From positions 44,746 to 108,745 of the forward strand of contig JALOMJ010000001.1 of assembly GCA_025455485.1 (NCBI GenBank): 64,000 nt of DNA, given 5' to 3'. A model generated the notes under the pieces. It was not told the origin of the DNA. It ran no database searches and was given only the letters and a program-made list of their open reading frames with translations. The first letter of the stretch is position 1; each line of letters opens with the position of its first letter. The DNA is from Bacteroidia bacterium (GTDB lineage: Bacteria > Bacteroidota > Bacteroidia > B-17B0 > Aurantibacillaceae). Below, piece by piece: positions 39,778 to 49,538 of the stretch. Made by a program: the position numbers and the translations under genes.

Positions 39778-41110
39778 TGTTTCGTTTAATCACGATTTGT
39801 AAACGCCAGGATAAGGCCACTGCAACAAAGGCTAACGCCGCCAAAAGCGCCAACCAAATGCCGGTAGTTTTTAAGCCCAAAGGAAAAGCAAAAAAATATG
39901 CCAAAGGAATGGCCACAACCCAATAAGCCACCAACGTTACGTATGTGGGTATTTTCACATCATCAAGTCCTCTTAAAATGCCTATCATGGTAACTTGCAA
40001 ACCATCAAACAATTGAAACATGGCGGCAATTACCAACAGTTGAGAAGTAAGCTTAACAATATCAGGTTCTGCACTAAAGGCATGTGGCAAAACACTAGCC
40101 CCTGCCAAAAATAGCAGCGCAAACAGTCCCATGGCTGTTAACACCAGTCTTACTGCGGCCAGGGCAGACTTTTTTACTTCTAACCAATTGTTTTGGGCTC
40201 TGAATTTTCCTGCCCGTATTGTTGCGGCACCACTGATGCCGCTGGCAAACATGTAAGTGAAAGCGGCCAGATTTAACGCAATACCATGTGCATCTATGTG
40301 TTCTTTACCAAATCGTCCGGCCATTAAACCTGCTATTGAAAAGGCGGCTACTTCAAAAGTAAATTGTAATCCCGCATTAAATCCTATTCTGGCTAAATCT
40401 TTAAGTTCTGTTAGATTGAGTTTTACTTTGAAGAAAAAATGGCGGATTTCTTTGGTTAGCGGCGAGCGAAACAAATAAAATAAAAACCCTATGCCCATGC
40501 ATGAGCGGGCAATGAAAGATGCCCATGCCGAACCCATGTAACCCATTTGCGGCATACCCAATTTGCCGTAAATAAGCGTATAATTTAAAATTATATTAAT
40601 GAGATTCCCGCTGATGCTAATTACGAGGGCAATGCGTGTATTTCCCAGCCCTTCACAATATTGTTTGCCACTGAAAAAAAATGAAATGGGCAACATGGAT
40701 AAAATCAGCACATCAAAAAATGGTATGGCCAAGTTGGTCACCTCAATCGGTTGTTTGAGATGAACGAACAATCCTGAAGAAAAAAAGAGAATAAAAAAGC
40801 TCAGTAAGGCAATACCAAAATTGAGGTAGAGTGAATTTTTAAAAAGTGATGTTTGCTTTGTAAGGTCTTGACTTTCTTTCGCAGCCGTTACCAATGGTGT
40901 TGACGCATAACTTACACCAATTGTGAATACTAAAATTAATGTATAAAGATTGTTGGAAAAAATACCGGCCGCTTGCTCAGCTGAACCAAGTTGGCCGAGA
41001 AACATATTGTCGACGATACCCACAAGAATATGGCCAACCTGGGTAATCACCAAAGGCCAAGCCAATTGAATGGTGTCTAATACATGCGTATCCTTAAATC
41101 TTTTTCTCAC
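39761..41110 (-). CDS. MATE family efflux transporter (NorM-like)
   Basis: About 12 TM helices; motifs LAWP, VDNMFLG, NIILNY.LIYG, FEV, FQLFDGLQ..GILRG. Confidence 0.93.
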   Translation of the reverse strand: MRKRFKDTHVLDTIQLAWPLVITQVGHILVGIVDNMFLGQLGSAEQAAGIFSNNLYTLILVFTIGVSYASTPLVTAAKESQDLTKQTSLFKNSLYLNFGIALLSFFILFFSSGLFVHLKQPIEVTNLAIPFFDVLILSMLPISFFFSGKQYCEGLGNTRIALVISISGNLINIILNYTLIYGKLGMPQMGYMGSAWASFIARSCMGIGFLFYLFRSPLTKEIRHFFFKVKLNLTELKDLARIGFNAGLQFTFEVAAFSIAGLMAGRFGKEHIDAHGIALNLAAFTYMFASGISGAATIRAGKFRAQNNWLEVKKSALAAVRLVLTAMGLFALLFLAGASVLPHAFSAEPDIVKLTSQLLVIAAMFQLFDGLQVTMIGILRGLDDVKIPTYVTLVAYWVVAIPLAYFFAFPLGLKTTGIWLALLAALAFVAVALSWRLQIVIKRNTKRVD

Positions 41111-41219
41111 CGGGCGGCAAAGATACTGTAATTGTTTTATTAGATTGTGTTTTGCTCCGGGAAGACAGAATTCTTATTCTGCCAATGCCACGTGCTTTTT
41201 GATTGCTTACTTTTGTTTT

Positions 41220-42020
41220 ATGAAAAGTAAAGAAGAACTTAATACGCTCGTTGCTGAAGTTGCCGCATTGGCCAAATCTGTTGGGGGGTATATCCGGGGT
41301 GAGCGCGAAAACTTTTCTTACACACAAGCCGAAATAAAAGGGTTAAATGATCTGGTAAGTTACGTTGACAAAGAAGTGGAACACAGAATTGTTGAAGGTC
41401 TCAGGCCTCTTTTGGAAGGTTGTGGTTTTCTTGTTGAAGAAAATACGGCCTCAGAAAAAGGAGAATACAACTGGATTGTCGATCCTCTGGATGGCACAAC
41501 CAACTTCGTGCATGGCATTCCCTGTTACGCGGTGAGCATAGGGCTGGAACATGAAGGAAAAATAATTTTAGGTGTGGTGTATGAAGTAAATCGCGATGAA
41601 TGTTTTTACGCCATTGCATCAGGAGGTGCTTTTTTAAATGGTAAGCCCATACATGTATCGGAACGAAATTCACTATCGCAAAGTTTGATTGCCACCGGGT
41701 TTCCGATTTATAATTTTACCCAACTCGATAACTATCTAAGCGCACTTAAGGAGTTCATGCAAAAAACTCAGGGCATCAGAAGAATTGGTTCTGCTGCCAG
41801 CGATTTGTGTTATCTGGCGTGTGGGCGGGTAGATGCTTTTTTTGAGTATAATTTGAATCCATGGGATGTAGCGGCCGGAGGTTTAATTGTTCAGGAAGCA
41901 GGAGGCATTGTTCAGGATTTTAAAAATGGAAACAATTGGTTGTTTGGTAAACAAATTTGTGCCGCTAATCCCTCGTTGTATGAAGAATTTTCAGGTGTGG
42001 TATGCAGGCTCCTGGGCTAA
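41220..42020 (+). CDS. suhB: Inositol monophosphatase family protein (SuhB-like)
   Basis: Motifs WIVDPLDGTTNFVHG, RRIGSAA, WDVAAG. Start set at ATG 41220, directly after TACTTTTG (41208-41215). Confidence 0.9.
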   Translation: MKSKEELNTLVAEVAALAKSVGGYIRGERENFSYTQAEIKGLNDLVSYVDKEVEHRIVEGLRPLLEGCGFLVEENTASEKGEYNWIVDPLDGTTNFVHGIPCYAVSIGLEHEGKIILGVVYEVNRDECFYAIASGGAFLNGKPIHVSERNSLSQSLIATGFPIYNFTQLDNYLSALKEFMQKTQGIRRIGSAASDLCYLACGRVDAFFEYNLNPWDVAAGGLIVQEAGGIVQDFKNGNNWLFGKQICAANPSLYEEFSGVVCRLLG

Positions 42021-42024
42021 TCGC

Positions 42025-42852
42025 TTACTTTTTAAGAAATAACATCATGGCCCAACCCTCTGCCTGATCATCTGAGAGAAATTCGAGTCCTGAACGGGTG
42101 CAAACTTCGTTGAGCTCATCCTGATCGGTAACAAAAAATCCACTTAAGTAAAGCAGTGCTCCGGCATTCATTTTTTCAACATAAAGCGGAATGTCTCGTT
42201 TAAGAATGTTTTTATTGATATTTGCCAACACATGATCGAAAGGCTTTTCATGTAGCAAGGCAGACGCATCTCCCTGAATAATTTTAATTTCCTGACAATT
42301 GTTTGCGATGCAATTTTCAAGGCTGTTTTCCGCACTCCAGGCATCCACGTCGATACCTGTTATTTCTTTTGCGCCGAGCTTATGAGCCAGAATGGCTAAA
42401 ATTCCGGTGCCGCAGCCCATATCCAAAACGCGTTTAGATTTAAACTCTTGCTCGAACATGGCTTTGCACATCAGTCTTGTGGTTTGGTGATGACCTGTGC
42501 CAAAACTCATTTTTGGCATGATAACAATTTCATGCAATACATCCGGTTCTGATTTATGAAATGGAGCACGGATGCACAACAAACGGTCAACGAATACAGG
42601 TTCAAAATTCTTTTCCCACTCCTGATTCCAATTACTTTGAGGGATATCCTGTATTGTGAATTCATAATTAAAATCCTCGAAGCGGTAATCTTCAGGCTTA
42701 AAATTCACTTTTAGGAGGCTATTCACAAAAGCAACGAACCCATCTTCCTTGTATTCGAAAGAATCAAAGCCTAATTCTGAAAGGTGGGCAATAAGAATCT
42801 CTGAACCCGGTTGAGGTGGCGACACCTTAAAATGGTAGGCTTTATAATTCAT
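42025..42852 (-). CDS. prmA: Ribosomal protein L11 methyltransferase
   Basis: Motifs NWNQEWEKNF, PKMSFGTGHHQTT, VLDMGCGTGILAI, ANINKN. Confidence 0.95.
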   Translation of the reverse strand: MNYKAYHFKVSPPQPGSEILIAHLSELGFDSFEYKEDGFVAFVNSLLKVNFKPEDYRFEDFNYEFTIQDIPQSNWNQEWEKNFEPVFVDRLLCIRAPFHKSEPDVLHEIVIMPKMSFGTGHHQTTRLMCKAMFEQEFKSKRVLDMGCGTGILAILAHKLGAKEITGIDVDAWSAENSLENCIANNCQEIKIIQGDASALLHEKPFDHVLANINKNILKRDIPLYVEKMNAGALLYLSGFFVTDQDELNEVCTRSGLEFLSDDQAEGWAMMLFLKK

Positions 42853-43610
42853 TAAAATGACTTTACAATTTCAGAGAACTCATCAGCATTTAAACTGGCG
42901 CCGCCAATAAGTCCGCCATCCACATCAGGGCAGTTAAAAAGTTCTCTTGCATTGCGGGCATTGCAGGAGCCTCCATACAGAATTGGTATTTGCTCAGCGA
43001 CCTCTTTGTTGAACAATTCGACGAGGCAATTACGAACAAAGGCATGCATATCTTGAGCCTGAGGCGGCGTAGCCGTTTCGCCCGTACCAATTGCCCAAAC
43101 AGGTTCATAAGCCAGTACGAGGTCGGAAATTTTATCCTGTGGCATCACAGATAGTATCTCCTGCAATTGTGTTTTAACAATACGTTGATGAACACCTGAT
43201 TTTCGTTCGGCCAAAGCTTCTCCAAAACAGTAGACTACGTTTAAACCTGCCTGAAATGCCTGTTCAATTTTTAATGACAAAGTCTTTGCATCTTCCTTAA
43301 AATACGCTCTGCGTTCGCTATGCCCAATTAACACATAATTTGCACCGATGGATTTTAGCATTGGCGCAGATACTTCTCCTGTAAAGGCACCCTTCTCAAA
43401 ACTGCTGCAATTTTGTGCACCCGTGTAAAAACCAGGTTGACTTTGTAAAAGTATGGCCACATCATTAATAAACGGAAAGGGCGGGAAAATAATTTTCTCA
43501 ATGTCTTTAAATGCTGAAGTCTTTGCTAAAATATTTCCTGCCAGGGCTATGGCATCGCTATAAAGCGTGTTCATTTTCCAATTGCCTGCAACTATTTTTT
43601 TTCTGTTCAT
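42852..43610 (-). CDS. tpiA: Triose-phosphate isomerase
   Basis: Motifs AGNWKMN, GHSERR, AYEPVWAIGTG, YGGS, DGGLIGGASL. Confidence 0.98.
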   Translation of the reverse strand: MNRKKIVAGNWKMNTLYSDAIALAGNILAKTSAFKDIEKIIFPPFPFINDVAILLQSQPGFYTGAQNCSSFEKGAFTGEVSAPMLKSIGANYVLIGHSERRAYFKEDAKTLSLKIEQAFQAGLNVVYCFGEALAERKSGVHQRIVKTQLQEILSVMPQDKISDLVLAYEPVWAIGTGETATPPQAQDMHAFVRNCLVELFNKEVAEQIPILYGGSCNARNARELFNCPDVDGGLIGGASLNADEFSEIVKSF

Positions 43611-43614
43611 ATGC

Positions 43615-44694
43615 TTAATTTACCCTTACTCTTGGATCCAAAATACCGTAAATAATGTCAACAAAAATATTCATTACAATAAAAATCACTGCAAACACCA
43701 GTGTGGCTCCCATTACTACAGGCAAATCGTTGTTATTTAGGGCTTCCACCACAGCATAACCTATTCCTTTCCAGTTAAATATCTTTTCCACAAAAACAGC
43801 TCCGGCCATTAAACCGGCCAGCCAACCTGAAACAGCCGTTACCACCGGATTCATTGCATTTTTTAAAGCGTGTTTAAATATTACCTTTTTTTCGGAAAGG
43901 CCTTTCGCTCTTGCCGTGCGAATGTAATCCTGAGACAAAACATCCAGAATTGAACTGCGCGTGAGTTGAATAATGATGCTAAGAGGACGTAAACCAAGCG
44001 TTATGGCAGGCAGCAGCAAATTGCTGATTTGCATTTTACGTCCTTCCCAAACATCAAATTCAAACAAACTTCCGGAAGGTGAAAGGCCGGTGTAATCTTT
44101 TAAAACGTATCCAAACAACCAGGCGAGCAGCAGGCCGGCAAAAAAGGAAGGCGCGCTCATACCAACAAAAGTTGACAGAACAAAAACACTCTTATCCAAA
44201 ATAGAATTTTTTCTTAATGCCGATAGTATGCCTAACAGTACGCCAACTATGGATGAAAAAAACATAGCAGTAAAGGCAAGAACGGCAGTTTCGGGCAAAG
44301 TATCGCTTAATATATCTGAGACGTTGCGTTTGGAAATGTAACTTTTTCTTAAATACGGCACCTTCAGAACACAGGCAGTGTTTGATCCTAAACTCACTAA
44401 CGGAAGCCAGTTGTACTTTTTAGGGTTGAGGTACCAAAGGCTTTGGGCATCAGCAATACGGTGTATGGATAGCGGAGAAAGATCGTTAAGATAATGAAGA
44501 TATTGCTCGGCCATAGGACGATTTGTTCCTAAATCTTTCCGAACTGCATCCATGGCCTCTTTATTCGCCCTTTGGCCCAGAATAATGGAAGCCGGATCCC
44601 CGGGCACCACATTAAAAAGAAAAAAAATGGTTGAGATGACCCCAAACAGGACCAGCAAAGAGTAGCCGGTTTTTTTTAAAATGTAGCTGAACAC
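43615..44694 (-). CDS. Peptide ABC transporter permease (DppB/OppB-like)
   Basis: Motifs PGDPA, LPET..LA, QDYIRTARAKGL, HALKNA, VEKIFNWKGIG, DPRV. Confidence 0.92.
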   Translation of the reverse strand: MFSYILKKTGYSLLVLFGVISTIFFLFNVVPGDPASIILGQRANKEAMDAVRKDLGTNRPMAEQYLHYLNDLSPLSIHRIADAQSLWYLNPKKYNWLPLVSLGSNTACVLKVPYLRKSYISKRNVSDILSDTLPETAVLAFTAMFFSSIVGVLLGILSALRKNSILDKSVFVLSTFVGMSAPSFFAGLLLAWLFGYVLKDYTGLSPSGSLFEFDVWEGRKMQISNLLLPAITLGLRPLSIIIQLTRSSILDVLSQDYIRTARAKGLSEKKVIFKHALKNAMNPVVTAVSGWLAGLMAGAVFVEKIFNWKGIGYAVVEALNNNDLPVVMGATLVFAVIFIVMNIFVDIIYGILDPRVRVN

Positions 44695-44795
44695 TTCTGT
44701 TTAATTGACGGTAAAACGCTAAATTAATTAATTATATTTATGAAATGAATCAGACAAGAACAGTTTACACCATTGGTTCTGCTTAAAACTTAGGA

Positions 44796-47090
44796 TTGAA
44801 CTTTCTTAACAAAATACTGTGTTTGCTTGTGCTTTTCTCTCTCTCATTTGTGGGCAGGGCGCAACTTACCGGAATTGTATTAAGCGGAGGCGGTGCCAGC
44901 GGTTTAAGTCATATTGGTGTACTTAAGGCCTTAGAAGATAACAACATTCCAATTGATTACATCTGTGGCACCTCGTTTGGAGGCCTAATTGCCGGATTTT
45001 ATGCAGCAGGATACAGCCCGGCAGAAATTGAAGTTATGGTATTACATCCTGATTTTTTGCTCATAACCCGTGGTGATTATCCATTAAAAAACAAATTCAC
45101 CTTCTGGAAAAAAAACGACGACGCCTCATGGTTCACCTTAAAGTACAATTTCAGTAACAACTATCTTCAAAACATTCCCACCAATGTTATCAACTCGATG
45201 CCCATTGATTATTTACTTATGGAAAATCTTTCCGGAGTATCCAACAGAGTGAGAAGTAATTTTGACAGTTTATTTGTTCCCTTTCGGTGTTTGGCTTCCG
45301 ACATACAAAACAAAAAAACTGTTGTTTTCAAAAAAGGTGATTTGGCAAGTGCCGTCAGGGCCGGCATGAGTTACCCGTTTTATTTGCGACCATTAATCAT
45401 AGACAAAAAGCTTTTGTTTGACGGGGGTTTGTATAATAATTTCCCGAGCGATGTGCTGCTTAAAGATTTTAATCCCGATTACATCATTGGAAGCAATGTA
45501 GCCGAGCGAAACCCGCCTCCGGACGATGACAATATTTATCTTCAGTTACGAAATCTGTTAATGAGTACAACCAATTTTACGCCCGAATGCAGCAACGGGG
45601 TTATTATTGAGCCTTGGCAAGATGTAGGCACATTTAACTTCGAACAAGCAGCCCGGATCATTGACAGTGGTTACGCAGCCACATTGCGGCAAATTCCGGA
45701 AATAAGAAAAAGCCTGAACCGAGAGGCGGACAGTGCCGCTTTACATCAAAAAAGAAAAACCTTTCTTGCTTATAGGGATCCGGAAAAAATTCTCTTTAAC
45801 AAAATAGAAGTGAAAGGCTTTAATACCAAACAGGCCGAATACATTGAAAAAAGTATAGTGTATGTGGGTGAACCTTTCAGCATGCAACAACTCAGAAAAC
45901 GGTATTTCAGAATAAGCAGCAACGATAAAATTAAAAATCTTTATCCCTTGGCGATTGCTGATACGTTAGACAAATTTACGCTTCAGCTTGATGGTAAAAA
46001 AGAAAAACCATTTTACATTGATGTGGGCGCCATCATTTCAAACCGTCCAATCAGTGAGGGGTTTCTGAGCATGCAATACAATTATTTGGGAAGGATTGGG
46101 TTCAGCGCATACATCAATGGCTACGTTGGTAAATTGTATTCAGGCTCCTTAAGCAAACTGCGATTTGATTTTCCCGGCAAGGTTCCTTTTTATATTGAGC
46201 CTTCTTTCACCTGGTCGCGTTGGGATTATTTTAACAGCAGTGTGGTATTTTATGATCTGGAAACACCTCCTTACTTAATACAGGAAGACCGATTTGCGGA
46301 ATTGAAAGCCGGCCTCCCCTTGGGCAATTTAGCTGAAACCAATGTTGCGGCAGGATTTACTGAATGGAAAAATGAATACTACGGCAGCGATCAGTTTACC
46401 AAATTGGATACAGCCGACATCACTTTTTTTGATTACTGGTATTTGCAAGGCAACTACCGCCTCAGCACACTGAATCGAAAAATGTACCCTACCGAAGGTA
46501 ATCTCATCAATTTACGCGCCCGATATTTACAGGGACGTGAAAGTTACTATCCCGGAAATACCAGTTTAGATACCGTAAGTTTTATGAACCAGATTCGAAA
46601 CCCCTGGTTTCAATTAAAACTAACCTTAGATAATTACGTGAAAACAATAAAGCGTTTAAAATTTGGTTTGTTTGGGGAAGCCGTTTATTCCACACAGGGA
46701 TTTTTCAGTAATTACCAATCCACTATTTTGTCTGCTCCTGCATTTAATCCCACTCCTGAAAGTCAAACCTTTTTTATGGACCGATACCGCGCTCATAATT
46801 ATCTGGCAGCGGGAGCAAAAATTATTACAACGCCTTTAAAAAATTTAGATTTTAGGCTGGAAGCCTACGTTTTTCAGCCCATACGGAGTATCTTAAAAAC
46901 ATCAGATGGTAAAGCAGAATATAGTGAGCCCTTTTTTTATCGGTATTTTTCAGGTTTGGCAGCCTTGGTTTACAGCAGCCCGATTGGGCCCATAAGTTTC
47001 AGCATGAACTATTACGAACAACCTGAAAATCCGTTCACCTTCTTCTTTCACATTGGTTATATCATATTCAATCGTAAATCAATTGATTAA
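44796..47090 (+). CDS. Patatin-like phospholipase with C-terminal outer-membrane barrel (PlpD/type Vd-like)
   Basis: Motifs LSGGGASGLSHIGVLKALE, GTSFG, FDGG; beta-rich C-terminal region with SPIGP..FFFHIGY. Confidence 0.85.
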   Translation: MNFLNKILCLLVLFSLSFVGRAQLTGIVLSGGGASGLSHIGVLKALEDNNIPIDYICGTSFGGLIAGFYAAGYSPAEIEVMVLHPDFLLITRGDYPLKNKFTFWKKNDDASWFTLKYNFSNNYLQNIPTNVINSMPIDYLLMENLSGVSNRVRSNFDSLFVPFRCLASDIQNKKTVVFKKGDLASAVRAGMSYPFYLRPLIIDKKLLFDGGLYNNFPSDVLLKDFNPDYIIGSNVAERNPPPDDDNIYLQLRNLLMSTTNFTPECSNGVIIEPWQDVGTFNFEQAARIIDSGYAATLRQIPEIRKSLNREADSAALHQKRKTFLAYRDPEKILFNKIEVKGFNTKQAEYIEKSIVYVGEPFSMQQLRKRYFRISSNDKIKNLYPLAIADTLDKFTLQLDGKKEKPFYIDVGAIISNRPISEGFLSMQYNYLGRIGFSAYINGYVGKLYSGSLSKLRFDFPGKVPFYIEPSFTWSRWDYFNSSVVFYDLETPPYLIQEDRFAELKAGLPLGNLAETNVAAGFTEWKNEYYGSDQFTKLDTADITFFDYWYLQGNYRLSTLNRKMYPTEGNLINLRARYLQGRESYYPGNTSLDTVSFMNQIRNPWFQLKLTLDNYVKTIKRLKFGLFGEAVYSTQGFFSNYQSTILSAPAFNPTPESQTFFMDRYRAHNYLAAGAKIITTPLKNLDFRLEAYVFQPIRSILKTSDGKAEYSEPFFYRYFSGLAALVYSSPIGPISFSMNYYEQPENPFTFFFHIGYIIFNRKSID

Positions 47091-47112
47091 ATGTAAAACC
47101 TGATTTTCATGG

Positions 47113-47853
47113 TTAAGCGCATTGATAATACAAATACTTTATCAACTGAACCATAGAGGTAGTAATTACCACGCCTATCACCAACCAAATAAATTGCTTT
47201 TGTGGAATATAGTTTAATAGCTTTTTACCTGACCAGGTTCCAGTAATGCTTATAATAATTAAGCCAGGAAGCAATGTCAAAACTTCTTTTCCAATATAAC
47301 CGTTCAAATAATACACCACCGCTCTGCTGCTATCAACCCCCATGTCAATTATGGCTGAGGTGGTGATAAACAAATTTTTCTCTAGATTAAAAGCTGCCAA
47401 CACTATGCCTCTGATGGCCCCTCCCGTACCAACAAATCCAGCTATAAATCCAGATGTGGCACCTCCAAGAACCAGATTGCGGTTATTCTGCTGAAGCCGT
47501 TTGGTTGAATAAACAAGTAGGTAAACCGACAAACCAATAAGCACGATACCCAACGCCAATTCAATTTGACCCTGAGGAAAATATTTATTCATCCAGGCGC
47601 CAAGGATGACAAAAAGTACTGCGGGAATACCAAGTTTAAGGGCAATGTTTTTATCTATGCCCTGTCTGAACAACACTATTTTCGAAAGGTTACTAAACAC
47701 GTGAAATACGGCAGTGATACCAAGAATTAAATGAAAATCAAAAAACAAAGAAGCAACAGGAACAAAAAGTATGGAGGAGCCAAAACCACTGATGGTTCCC
47801 AGCACTTCAGCTATAAAGGCAAGTATGTAAAAGATATAATATTTTTCAATCAC
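47113..47853 (-). CDS. Sulfite exporter TauE/SafE family protein
   Basis: GTISGFGSS and GFVGTGG internal repeats; about 8 TM helices. Confidence 0.88.
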   Translation of the reverse strand: MIEKYYIFYILAFIAEVLGTISGFGSSILFVPVASLFFDFHLILGITAVFHVFSNLSKIVLFRQGIDKNIALKLGIPAVLFVILGAWMNKYFPQGQIELALGIVLIGLSVYLLVYSTKRLQQNNRNLVLGGATSGFIAGFVGTGGAIRGIVLAAFNLEKNLFITTSAIIDMGVDSSRAVVYYLNGYIGKEVLTLLPGLIIISITGTWSGKKLLNYIPQKQFIWLVIGVVITTSMVQLIKYLYYQCA

Positions 47854-48335
47854 ACTTTTTCTTTACGCTTTACAAAAATGGCCACGATGGCGGTGGTAAT
47901 TACTCCCATAATTGGGGCAAACATGGTGCTTTGAAGTATGTAGTTGGAGAGATTAAAATAGGCCTCTGCCTCCGTTTGCGTCATTTCATTATGCTCAACC
48001 ACATAGTGAATAACATTTTCAAAATAATGCGGGGTAATGTAAAGGGAGGTAATGACTTGCATTAACGGACTGAGAAGCATAACAATAAGACTAATGATTA
48101 GACCGCTTATAAAACCTTGTTTGTAAGTCATAACACCCCGAAAATAGTTTTGTCTTTTATCAATTAGTGCAACCACATAAAAGGCTATTGCGGGGATGGC
48201 TACAAAATTGGTGTAGATATAATGCTTTTCGATTTGTTCATCGTGCCAACCTAATCCCTTTTCAAGCATCATCCACAATAACATCATGAGTGTAAACAAA
48301 ACACCCCATTTAATTTCTATAGCATATTTTTTCAT
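47850..48335 (-). CDS. DUF4199 domain membrane protein
   Basis: Motifs IEIKWG, GWHD, MTYKQGFISG, ITPHYF..I, YFNL.NY. Start set at ATG 48335 because the longer ORF runs through a terminator. Confidence 0.8.
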   Translation of the reverse strand: MKKYAIEIKWGVLFTLMMLLWMMLEKGLGWHDEQIEKHYIYTNFVAIPAIAFYVVALIDKRQNYFRGVMTYKQGFISGLIISLIVMLLSPLMQVITSLYITPHYFENVIHYVVEHNEMTQTEAEAYFNLSNYILQSTMFAPIMGVITTAIVAIFVKRKEKV

Positions 48336-48402
48336 TTCAGATTGGTTTGGGTACGGTTTTAGAAAAAGAACTGCTATAAAAGCACCGATACTTAACAAAT
48401 AT

Positions 48403-48428
48403 AAAAAAAGCCGGAGAAATTCCGGCTT
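48403..48428 (-). terminator. Intrinsic terminator
   Basis: AAGCCGGA-GAAAT-TCCGGCTT stem with an A7 tract on the plus strand. Confidence 0.75.
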
Positions 48429-48446
48429 CAATTTGGGTTTAAGTTG

Positions 48447-49352
48447 TTATTCCCAGTTCACTTTAATTCCAAATCCTTGTTGAACACAGGTGTTACCGAA
48501 CATTCCCAAATCACCTATGTTTGAAAAAGAAACACCCGGTCTGACTTCATAAAACAAATGGGTTCGCTTCCAAAACTCACGCTTTTTTCCCATTCTAAAA
48601 TCAATACCCAGTGGTGCATTTAAACTCATTCCAAAGTCGGCAGCGTTTCTGTAATACTCATTTTGATAGGTGAAATTATCCTCGTAGTAGAGGAAGTAAA
48701 AGGGATAGTCCTGCATCTGGTTGTTATCGTTTACAGAACCACTTACACCGTATTCAATGGTGGTGTTTGAATTCAAAGAAATGCCTGCCGTTAAGCCCAA
48801 GCCCCCATAAAATTGCCACCTGGCTTTAGGATTTGTTCTAAACACAAGCGACACGTCCAACCGAATTTGATCAGAGTTATGACGCATGTTGTAGTTACGT
48901 GTAACGTTAGAATCTAGATAATAAGTAGAGCCATTCGTAACAGATACCAAGGTGTCGCTTCTAAACGCATCCGTTTTGGTTAGATTATTGGATAAGTCGG
49001 TAACACTGAAGTAGCTGAAACCTAAGCGAAGAATAGGATTTTTACGGTAGGCTGTTTTGCTTTTGTTGGAAAAACGAAAACCAACATTCGCCGCAAACTG
49101 ACCATTAATGGTTGACCAGACGTCGGCCGATTGATTAAAACCGGTAAAATCGGCTTGAAGTAGTTTAGAACCTGGCGCCAATTTCTGGAACTCAGCTATT
49201 GTACCATATTGTTGTGCCTGAGCATACCAACCAAACATGAGGTTAACTTCACAAGCGTTAAATGCTGTTATGGGTTTAACCGTATCCGTTTGTGAAGAAA
49301 GTGGATAGGCCATTGCAATTAAAGCTGTCCAAATAATCAGTTTTGTTTTCAT
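48447..49352 (-). CDS. Hypothetical outer-membrane beta-barrel protein
   Basis: Signal peptide, alternating beta-strands (FYGGLG, PLGIDF, FYEVRPG) and terminal GIKVNWE. Confidence 0.7.
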   Translation of the reverse strand: MKTKLIIWTALIAMAYPLSSQTDTVKPITAFNACEVNLMFGWYAQAQQYGTIAEFQKLAPGSKLLQADFTGFNQSADVWSTINGQFAANVGFRFSNKSKTAYRKNPILRLGFSYFSVTDLSNNLTKTDAFRSDTLVSVTNGSTYYLDSNVTRNYNMRHNSDQIRLDVSLVFRTNPKARWQFYGGLGLTAGISLNSNTTIEYGVSGSVNDNNQMQDYPFYFLYYEDNFTYQNEYYRNAADFGMSLNAPLGIDFRMGKKREFWKRTHLFYEVRPGVSFSNIGDLGMFGNTCVQQGFGIKVNWE

Positions 49353-49538
49353 GGAAAAGAATTTTGAGGTTCAACGGATGGTTCTCAAGTTTATTGTGTA
49401 AAGGTACTACGCTAAAAATCAAAAATCAGAAAAATGAGGAATATCATGTCTGTTGAAAGTGTGTTGGTGTAAGGGGTAAAAGAATTTTTACAAAGTTGTA
49501 TTTCTTCGTAAATTCCAAGTTCAATTGCTAACCCCCTA

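Noticed and set aside
43615-44694. Orphan ABC permease as a sign of gene loss
   Set aside because: Dispersed peptide-ABC subunits next to tpiA-prmA are usual in this phylum.
49360-49500. ECF-like promoter (CACAA...CGTT on minus), AAAAATC repeats and TACAAAGTTGTA palindrome
   Set aside because: These are short matches in AT-rich DNA that I cannot distinguish from chance by eye.
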